A DNA stretch of 64,000 nucleotides, taken from contig OZ316893.1 in the NCBI GenBank assembly GCA_973895155.1, positions 19,472,857-19,536,856 of the forward strand. The letters are read 5' to 3'. The stretch comes from Marsupella aquatica (lineage: Eukaryota > Plantae > Marchantiophyta). Shown here in pieces: positions 1 through 9,466 of the stretch; within the stretch, counting starts at the first letter, position 1, and every line of letters begins with the position of its first letter. The notes under the pieces were generated by a model, which saw only the letters and a program-made list of their open reading frames with translations, ran no database searches and had not been told where the DNA came from. A program made the position numbers and the translations under genes.

Positions 1-115
1 TGGGAATTCCTACCTAAAGCATAACAACCAATCCACTGCTAATCCCACCAAATAGATCCAACAAACAAATACCCTCCTCTGGATACTGTCACACAATAGG
101 GGTGGTATCCAATGG
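1..115 (-). pseudogene. N-terminal fragment of a putative DNA (cytosine-5)-methyltransferase domain (SAM-binding motif I)
   Basis: Minus frame reads SPLDTTPIV*QYPEEGICLLDLFGGISSGLVVML*VGIP. This matches the C5-MTase motif I pattern hhDLFxGxGG followed by ...L.xAGh. The two stops are explicable as TGG>TGA and CAG>TAG. Motif IV (PCQ) would lie outside the window. Confidence 0.6.
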
Positions 116-429
116 TGAATGAAAGGGTCACCAGTCCATTTACAAAAGACTGCTTTGCTCCTGACTCCAATGGGAAAGCATGACGTCATGCATCATGTAT
201 CAATTGGGCCACATTTTGTTGCAAGGCCTCTCTAGTACACCATACTGGTGCCACAATAGTCTCAATAGGTAATGCACACATCATGTGCTCCTCATGTGGC
301 TCCTCGACTACCAAAACATCTGCTCCATGTGCGTTACTTTCAATCAAATCATTAGATCTAGTAATCAAATTACTAAATACTACCAAAGAAGTACAATGGT
401 GCAAATTTAGGACCTCCCATAGGTCCACT

Positions 430-1150
430 AAATTGCACTGGCAATCGGCTCAATTGAGCATCTCTAGATTACCAATTGGGTTGATACGACACCAACTCAT
501 CCCAAAAATCAAGAACAAATCCCATAGGATAAAGTACTATACATCCCACTAACATATCATATGACTCAGCCTTAGTCAAAATAGCTTGGGCCTGGATCCA
601 TGAGTTATCCTATGGATGATCCTCTTGAATGCTAAGTTCAAGTGCTTGTTTGGTGATATGTTGTTTGGATGTAGATCCTAGCCTCCCAATGAAGTCTGAA
701 TGGGAAAGGGGCACTCCTCCAAATCATCTGAACGCAATCCCAATCCTTGTATCGCAGACTTACCCAACATCAAGGGTTGAGCGCTAGTATCCTCGAGGGG
801 TTAACTTAGTGTATATTTTGGGGTCCCACGTGTGATCCTAGCCTAATATAAGCACACCTATTTTATAACAGAAATATTCCAAAAACATTATATATTTTTT
901 AATATTAATGACCTATTTAATTTATAAAAGGTATATATTAGAAAATATTCTACAAATATGGGTTTATAATACCTTCTTTTGCTTCCTACGCTTTTTAAAA
1001 TTTTAGCTAATTTCTATAAAAAAATACCTAAATATTTTGGATTGCACGTGGTTTCTAAGATTTTTTACAGTCAACCCCCGAGCCAGTATCCAGTAACAAT
1101 CGTTTTGGCTGGTATATTGCTCCAAAAGGCCCAACTAATCAGTAGATATC
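430..1150 (-). pseudogene. Retropepsin-type aspartic protease remnant, split by a MITE
   Basis: Removing 792-1082 plus one TSD copy restores YQPKRLLLDTGAQPLMLGKSAIQGLGLRSDDLEECPFPIQTSLGG. Further downstream is AESYDMLVGCIVLYPMGF, a C-terminal DxLxG-type motif. Confidence 0.75.
792..1082. mobile_element. hAT-type MITE (~290 bp)
   Basis: Imperfect TIRs CTCGAGGGGTTAACT / AGTCAACCCCCGAG, AT-rich interior, and an 8-bp TSD CTAGTATC (784-791) / CCAGTATC (1083-1090) with 1 mismatch. 8-bp TSDs are typical of hAT. Confidence 0.8.
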
Positions 1151-1549
1151 ACTCCGATTATCCAATGATTCCACACTAGTTCTCTCATAAGCAGGGCATG
1201 CTGGGTAACTCCATCAACCTGGCCGCTGTTGCCTACCATGTTTCGCCATTGGCAATAGGTGGAGTCAACTCCATAAGTTCATAATTATGCATTGTCTTTG
1301 CACAAGAAGCAACAATTGGAGTGTCTTCACATAATGTGGCCGCCAATCTGAACATTTCAGCTAGACTAACTCCCAATGTCGGCATATCTATTGCTGAAAA
1401 TAACGACAGGGTGTGCACAATATTCGTGGCCACCCCCAGCAATGTACTTGTCATCCTTGCTCCAACATCATTCGATTCTACCAACTTATCCACACTTGAA
1501 TTTGTTTGAACCGGGTTCATAAAGGTAATTTGAACTGCCTCTAACAATG

Positions 1550-2950
1550 TAAATGATTGGGGAAGCTTTGTTTGACAACGAGCCTCCCCCTTTGAGGATC
1601 CAACTCTACCATTGCTCCTTGGGGCTCAAGGGCTTTGGTTGCTCCTTGAGTCAAAGCTGCCAATGCATCAACATGGGTAGAGCCACACATGAATCTCATG
1701 GTGACCAAGTCTCTGTAAGCTCCATAAGATGTACAAGCTCCATCACCGGAAGTAGGACTGGTCTAACCTAAGAACTGGCCATGGCAGCTAGTTGTTGCTC
1801 CAATTGAGCAATCTTTGTATTCTTTGGATCTATGGTAGTGGCAGGAGCATCACCTCCTTGTCTCCCTGCATGTGACATACCTTGGCCGTGACAACCACCT
1901 CTACCTCCTCTTCCCTGATCATACGTACACAATTCTCCCCATTGTAGTTCAGGATAGAATATAAAACACTTATCCTTGGTGTGCATAGAAACTCCAAAAT
2001 GATCACAAAATCATTGATCGGGCATAGATGCCCCTCCAGACTCTCTATTATCCAAGCAATATCTTTGTGCATGATTCCCATCACAAGTCCAACATCTTGA
2101 CTGTTGACCAGGTTAGGAGGGCACAGGTCTCTGACTAGTAGATTCTTGTGTTGTAGGCTTCTCCCTCTAGCTCTTCCTTGCAATAGGTTGCAATGTGGAT
2201 GTAGATATATGCAATCTTTGGTGAGCCTTTCGTGACAAATCCGGAAGTCACCACCTTTTCATTCACCATATTTGAATCCCTAAATAGAGTGGCATCTCTT
2301 ACTCTATGTTGCAATTCTCTATCTAAAATTGCATACCAAAATGAACTACTTGGGCCTCTATCACTCCCTTGGTGACCCTTCAACTTATAAATTCTCACAC
2401 CCTGGTAGTTCTACTTCAACACATCAAAGAAATTCACCACAGAGTTAAATGTTGGCACAACTCCACTCCCACCCACAATTGCACCGGTAGGAGTAACAGT
2501 GGATGCTGATGGAGTGTCACTCTGCCCAGTGCTACTAGAAGAAGCAACAATTGGGGCAACAGGTTGAGAAACCGCACTTGGCCGTAAGGGATGGACACAT
2601 AGTTTGGTGACCAATGTTGTCTTCATATCTCAATACCAGCCAAATGGGTATTCCAAAACTCATGGTAATCATCCATGGGTGGACCCTCCAAATGCTAAAA
2701 TAACCTTTCATGCCATGAAAGGTGTAAATAATGTGGCGTTACACATTGTTTGCATATTACACCAAGTATCGAACTCTTGGATGAAATCATCCAAATCAAT
2801 CGTGCCAACTGCACCAAAGTATCTCCTAGGGCCCTTAGTGGATCCATAGGTCTCCTCCATATCCCTGATAATGAGGACTGAGAGTTGGCTATAGAGCCCT
2901 TGTCAGATCACTATCTAAAGCTCCACTGGTATCTGCTAGCAATGTTGTTG
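1550..2950 (-). pseudogene. Degenerate gag-like region of the gypsy-type element
   Basis: Fragments DLDDFIQEFDTWC, HLEGPPMDDYHEF, FWYAILDRELQHRVRDATL, HTKDKCFIFYPEL, GRGGRGG and KIAQLEQQLAAMASS occur in successive broken frames. Confidence 0.6.
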
Positions 2951-3041
2951 GCCAAAACTGCACTCCACTTTGAGTGAAACCGGTCCGTTGTTCACCAAGT
3001 AGATTTGCATTATTGGAAGACTCTGTTGATTCCAAAACCCT

Positions 3042-3490
3042 AGGCCACAGGCCGTGGGCTGTGGGTGCCAACCCCCACAACCAAGATGTATTAGCCATAG
3101 GCTGTGGGCTGTGGACCGTGTCTAACCATACAAACCAAACTGCAAGAGGCCACAGGCCATGAGCTGTGGGTGCCAACCCACACACACAACCAAGATGAAT
3201 TGGCCACAGGCCGTCGGACTGTGGGTGTCTACCCACCCAAACCAAACTATGAGAGGCCACAGGCTATGGGCTGTGGGTGCTAGCCAAGCTGCAAGAGGCC
3301 ACAGGCCGTGGGCTGGGGGTGCCAACCCACACAACCAAGATGAATTGGCCATATAGCTAGGCCGCGGTCTGTGGGTGTGTACCCATTCATTTGACCAAAC
3401 TGTGAGAGGCCACAGGTTGTGGGCTGTGGGTGCCAACCCACACAACCAAGATGAATTGGTCATTGGCCGCGGCTGTGGGTGTCTCCCCAC
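3042..3490. repeat. Higher-order tandem repeat in the leader/upstream gag region
   Basis: Repeated GGCCACAGGCCGTGGGCTGTGGGTGCCAACCCACACAACCAAGATGAATT alternating with ...GTGTCTACCCA..AACCAAACTG..AGA variants, about 4 higher-order copies. Confidence 0.9.
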
Positions 3491-4479
3491 CAAAACTCTC
3501 TTCACTCAAGTCATGCGCTAAACAAGTTGCAATTGATGGGAAAATCACTATTCACTATTTGTTGTTTCCTCTATGCCCTAAGTCACAACCGCCCTCGCCT
3601 CTTCGCGGTGCCTTATCTCATCGCGCACCGACAACACAATTCACCAACATTCAACGTTGTTTCCTTCATAGAAACGCACTATCCATCAACAAAGAACTTG
3701 ATGCAAATCAGAACTGCATCCTACAAAAACTATAAACATAATCAACTGCCGGGCTCCCAATCAAACCGCCTCAATCAAAACCACAAAGAGTTGCACATCA
3801 GACTACTTTCCCTTCACAAAATATGATCAGACACCACCATCAGTCTTGCACACAATTGTCGACAACAACATCCGCTTGTCAATTACACAATCAGTCCTCC
3901 ACAATGCAGCAACACATATTGGCAAAGACCGCAACTCCAAAACCGTAGCTTAGCAACAACAACTTGAACCTTCATTTGAACTACGTGAGCGTTGCACCAA
4001 ATTGCAACAGATCAAGATATTAGTGATCCGTTCAATAACAACACCCGATCCAAGCTACCATGAATCGTCAATAACAAAACCAAAATGAAATCAAACTTCT
4101 GTTTGCACAGTCCGCACAATAGAGTTTGGAGCCAATCCCCGAGCCGATCTTTTGATGTAATCTTCAAGAGCAATCAAACACACAATCCTGTCCGACGCGA
4201 TCACACACTTATGTCAAGCCAAATGCACCTTGCGCCTCAAGGAATCCACGTTACATACACACAACCTAGACAACCACACCATACCCGCTAGAGCTTGTGC
4301 TCAAAAGGCTCAACATCAAAAGATGTCGAGACCTTTGAGCCAACACAAAGAGATATATAGTTATTATCCCTCACAAACATACACTAACCCTAAAACACTT
4401 AGATAACAACACACATATGAAAGCTTCAAACCTACATAGTCCGATATCCTATACTACCACTCATACTGGTGTGACAAAG

Positions 4480-4685
4480 ACTCAGATAGAGAGAACGAGA
4501 ATTAAACCAGAGCCCCAAAGCAAACCAACCAGGGCCCAAAGAGAAACTAGGATTCCCACCACTACCCCCCCCACACAAACCCAAGTTCCCCCCCCAACCC
4601 TCCACAACCCTTGCATGTGGAGAGGGGATTGAACTTGGGGCCTCTCGATTCCACACCAATCCCCTGGCCAACTAACCAAATTGTA
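4480..4685 (-). mobile_element. tRNA-derived SINE (copy 1, 3' end uncertain)
   Basis: Minus strand has A-box-like TGGTTAGTTGG and B-box GTTCAATCCC at tRNA-like spacing. The head and G-rich body resemble 44970-45150. Confidence 0.65.
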
Positions 4686-4976
4686 GCACTGTTAATTTTT
4701 AAAGCTACAATTTTTTGCTTGTTTGGAAAAGATTGAGAGACATTTTAGACAACCATGGAGGGAGTTCGAATCAAAGTATCCACCATATCAAGTTTAAGTA
4801 CTTCACTTGTCCCTATTTTGGCCAAATCAGGACAACCCTACTATTCTTTAGCCACAAATGCAGGATTTTAGTTGAGCATAGTCTCTCAGTTGAATTACTC
4901 AAGATTCATATAGGGGTTGAAATTACCACACTTTGGGATCTGTCTCACTCTAAGTCACCAGTAGTTTGACAGAGGG

Positions 4977-5141
4977 AAGTAGGAACCCCAAAATGAGGAA
5001 GACCAACCAGCATACTAGGCCGGGTGAATCCATACAACCAAAAGCAGCCACCATGCTGGAAAGTAGGAACCCCAAAATGAGGAGGACCAACTAGAATACT
5101 ACGTCGGGTGAATCCATGCAACCAAAAGCAGCCACCATGCT
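4977..5141. repeat. Tandem duplication, 84-bp unit x2
   Basis: AAGTAGGAACCCCAAAATGAGG...GCAGCCACCATGCT starts at 4977 and again at 5061. Confidence 0.9.
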
Positions 5142-6199
5142 TCCAATAACAACCATCCAATTAGGAAACAACCAGGAAAGAAACTGGGCAATAGGCACAC
5201 TCCATTCTCCCACTTCCAATCACCAGCATGTGAGAGAAATATTTTTGAATAACATGAACACACATTGTCTCAAGTTCCCTTCATGTTTTTTTTTCCTAAG
5301 AGGATGGTTTTCATTGAAATGAGTGTCATTCATAAGGCACATTGAATTAAGTGCACAATTCTAGCATAGTTGTGTCATAAAACTTGACTGTACTTTTCAT
5401 TGGTCACTGTGCTTTTCTTGGTAGACACTTTATTGACATTACTTTATCCTTCTAGTTATGCTCTCATGTTTTATTTACTTTCAGATCACTACAAGACAAA
5501 AAACCAAGCATGTTCAAGATGAGCATACTATATAAAAAGGAGGTACATGCTTGATGGGACCCCTATCAAAAGAAATTTAGGTGATATGTCCTTATGAAAC
5601 TTTTGTTACAAACTAGGTCCCCTACGACCCTTTGTGTCAAATGTTCTTGTAGAGTTCCTATAAAGAGTTTTAGCTTGATATTATCACCAATAAGAGCTAC
5701 AGTAAAGTTTAGAGTCAAACCATGCTTAATGACAAACTACACCGTTGAAGAACCGTGGAGTAATGGTGTCTGTCATGCCAATTGCGAGTTCCTAAGTGAA
5801 GACAATATGGTTCATGTTTTCAGGTTTGAATTTTGTCTTTAGGTTGTTTCATGAAACCTGTGCATAGGGTTTGCATGATGTTTGGGTGTTTCTCTTTGTC
5901 CTTTTGTCTAAGTACGCAATGAATCCTCTCTTTTGGCCATTGTTGCCTATTGCAAAGTTCAAAAATTGTCTTCTCATATCTAGACCCCAAATTTGTCTAA
6001 GTATGGAAGGACCCAAGGATCTCTTAGTCTTGGTTGTTTCCCTTGTTGCAAACTTTCAGAAATTGTCTAATTGTGAAACAAAGGCACCATGGACTCAATC
6101 ATAAAGGGAAAATTTTGCTAGTACCCTGCAAGAACTAGACTGAATGTTTAGACTAAATATTGTACAAACCCTCTATCCTCTAGGGGTGGATCCCTTAAA

Positions 6200-6302
6200 A
6201 CTCTATAAGCATGTGAAGACATAATCTATTATGTCTATAAGCATAGACATACTCTATAATCATGTGAAAACATAATCCATTATGTCTTTAAGCATAGGCA
6301 TA
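6200..6302. repeat. Tandem duplication, 51-bp unit x2
   Basis: ACTCTATAAxCATGTGAAxACATAATCxATTATGTCTxTAAGCATAGxCAT starts at 6200 and again at 6251. Confidence 0.85.
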
Positions 6303-7859
6303 TTCACAATGGACTGTGACACAGCATGCGATGGATTGGGGTGGGAAATGTGCGATTACCATGCATTTAGGCACCACATAATAACCATGTGTATGGAACC
6401 TATGTAAGGGGCCTTGTTGGTAACAACCTTTTTGTGGGGGGCCTAGTTTGTAACAAAAGTTTAGTAGGGGCAGTCACATAAATTTGTTTTGGAAAGGGTC
6501 CCATCAAGCACATACTTAGTTTGTAAAGGGACAATCTGGGATAAGTATTATAGTGGTAAATAATGGTAGGGCGAGATAGAGGGAGCAGTTTGGTTTATTC
6601 ATTCTCTTTGTAAGATTCTTTACTTTTGAGCCCCTGCAAATTTAAAAGAGGACCACTACAAAAAAAGACACAATATAGTTTATAGTTCTTGATGTCTAAA
6701 CGGACAATCCAGGATAGGTTAAAGTTGTAAAGAAAAGAATAGTAGAGCGAGATAGAGGGAGCAGTTTATATGCATGGATGGTGACTTGATTCTTGTTCAT
6801 CATTTGGCAACTCACTTTTCTTGCTTGGAAAACAGTGTCACCTTTTTCTCCACACTAAATATAATTGTTTTTTGGTTTATTCATTCTGTTTGTAACATTA
6901 TTCATCAGTTTTTTAACATTATTCATTCCCTTTGTAACATTCTTTACTTTTTGGGCTCTACAAATTCAAAGACTACCATTGCAAACAAAAGGCACACGTT
7001 AGTATAGTTCTTGATAAGCCCACTCTATCGTGGGTCTGAGTTTGTACTACAGCTTTCTCCCATTTGTATTCTACAGCTTTCTCCCACCGTCCAGACAAGC
7101 TGACAAGTGCATGTAAACGATAAGCACAGACTGTTGGATCTCTTGGATAAGTCGAGGCCAGCTGTTGAATAAGTTTTCATAGGATACTTGATTGATTCTC
7201 ACAAGGAGAGTAATAATGTGGATCCCAGCACTGAGAAGCGGACTCAGTAATCCAATTGGGTTATGGGAAGGTATGTCTTGTTTGGTCAAGGTGTAAGACA
7301 GGGCGCCCAGCTATACACGTTGGGCACATTAACAGTACACAGCTGGGTAATAACAATCAGTGCCCTGATGGCAGCGTACAAGGTGGGTTTGTCATGGGTA
7401 ATAAGTAGCTTCATGCCAAGAATTTAACTTTCCATCTTTCATTTAGTGGCTAATTTCCCCTAGATTCCACCTCTCCAAAAAGTCTTGGTGGCATTTGGCT
7501 AAAATTGGTTACTTTTTCTATGTAATTCTCATCTACTGTTGTCATAGGCCCCATTACCAAATATAATGGTCAGAATATCATTCGAGGATTTCAGATAAAG
7601 AATATTTGTATCATTTCTTGTTGAGACTAATGTCACTCTGGCTAATAAAGAAAAACCTTAAAGATTAAAGATTACACTGCTTCGTTCCCTATGATCTGTG
7701 TTGAGTTTGCAAATATCTATCTGTCACTAACCTACTAAACCCACGGTAGTTCTTGTCCAACTAGAGCTGTTTATACTTAGACCTTCAGAGTTTCAGACTG
7801 ACCACTGACCAATGGTGGAATAGGGGCAGTTTCTTGGTAAATGGGATTACAGTAGAGTA

Positions 7860-8630
7860 GTCTTCCACAGGCGTTCCTGCGGCCTGAAGCACGGCCGTAA
7901 ACTTAATTTTCTCCTCTCCACTCTGACCGAAGCACTCCAAACATGACCTCTCAGACAAGACTACCTCCTCCGTCAGTTTGATTCTTGGCTAGCAATTCCA
8001 TGCAACCAGGGGATGCACGGAGCCTTGACTGCCGACTGTCGGTCTCGACCGTGCTGTACCAACAGGGCACCATAGTCTCTGATGCTGTGATGCACTGAAA
8101 TCTGAATACTCTGATGGCTGATGCTCTTGAAGCATGGTCAATTAATAATAACAAATGTACCAGAGACGTACTGTACTCCAAAACTAATCATTATAAGAGA
8201 AACATAATTGACCTCACTCGTCATGTCGTTTCTACGATACAACAGGAGTGGGTGTCGAAATTCGTAGTTGGTACACAGTTCGTATTTCGTACACACTCGC
8301 CCATTACCGTAGTTTGTGTTCCCGGCTTGATTCATGAGGACATTCTTTTGGGCGTCCTGGCCCACAGACCCTGGGGATGGCATTGAGGGTTTGGTACCTC
8401 ATCCAGGGTATTTCTGTTGGGTAGAGGCACAACAGCGGGGTTTTACTTTTTCCTTGCAAAAAGCATACAAAAGTTGCACCCAGTTTTCCATGACCATTGG
8501 CCTGAAAACATCATAAATAAGAAGGCACATGTACCCAAGAAGGCACGCAGAAGGGGCTAAATTGCTTAGTTTAAACGCTGTGTAAGGCAGATGGAAACAT
8601 ACCTGATTAGAGCGCCTAGACATCGAAGAA
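7860..8630. repeat. Low-copy segment (A+B) duplicated at ~13790-14260 and ~15270-15640
   Basis: Shared words include CCTGAAGCACG, CGGAGCCTTGACTGCC, GTCTCGACCGTGCTGTACCAACA, GTCCTGGCCC, GGATGGCATTGAG and AGCATACAAAAGTTGCACC. Confidence 0.8.
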
Positions 8631-9466
8631 ATACAAATGGCCAAGATATATTTATTTTGTCATAACACATTTATAGACAATTTCGGTATTCAAACAGGCA
8701 TATCAGCAGCTAGGCTTTTTGAGTTTCGCTTATGTTTGACCAATCTGGTCTTGATCCACAGGAGATCGTCAGATTTTGCAGTTGGCTGCTACCTTTCGCT
8801 TTCACTTATTTTCGGCAAACAAGGTGTACCATTTCAAGACCTATACAGTCCAAATGTGACCACATAGGGCCCGATGCTGAGGAGGAAAAGACTCTGCATA
8901 CCAACGTGAGATTTTGTAAGAAATCCAAACGAAGGGAGAATAGTCAATTCTGGCGGAACGGTTTGGATGACAGATGTAGAGGATCTATCAAAATAAACCC
9001 TGCAAAAAAGCATCCTTGGTCCGGTCATAACTATCCTCCGCCACGGATCTCTCTTAGTCCCAGTTTTCACAATGAAGTAGCCGCAAACTACCTCTTCAAC
9101 TCAAGCCGCGAGCTTCTTTGATTGCTCGACATCTTCAATCATGAGCCTGTCATCGGTCATGAAACGGCCGCAGACTCGAGAAGTTGCTTGCCGGGGTCAG
9201 CAGTCAAAGCATGAATGAATAATGTACCAAAAACTCGTCGGCCAGGACAGAAATTTCTATGTGGATATGAGTGAGAATCAGTGTTTATAAATGAAACTGG
9301 ATGTACTTTGTCGCACCTGATCGTTCTAGGTTAAATTTCCGGAAACGACGGGGTTTCTCCATAAAGCTTTTATATATTATTTTGTAGTCAGTTTGGAGAG
9401 TCTTGTCTCAAGACGGCAGGTGTACTTTAAAGAAATGGCTGCTAACTAGACTCTATAAAGAACCAC

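Larger units (their letters stand above)
1..4345 (-). mobile_element. Degenerate Ty3/gypsy-like retroelement (gag - aspartic protease - putative C5 DNA methyltransferase), truncated by the left window edge
   Basis: Manual minus-strand translation gives colinear, stop- and frameshift-broken segments: gag-like YGSTKGPRRYFGAVGTIDLDDFIQEFDTWC (~2860-2760), a degenerate knuckle-like HTKDKCFIFYPEL followed by an RGG-rich stretch (~1985-1880), protease LLLDTGAQPLMLGK...YDMLVG (~1105-540) and LDLFGGISSGL (~60-30). The 5' boundary is uncertain. Confidence 0.7.

Noticed and set aside
2889-3505. Trp/Cys-rich repeat ORFs (GLAPTAHGLWP...)
   Set aside because: They arise from the GC-rich tandem array being open in several frames on both strands. 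There is no independent coding evidence.
5544-6515. ~20-bp inverted pair (TGCTTGATGGGACCC / GGGTCCCATCAAGCA) suggesting a TIR element
   Set aside because: No TSD or clear termini were found, so it is not annotated as a transposon.
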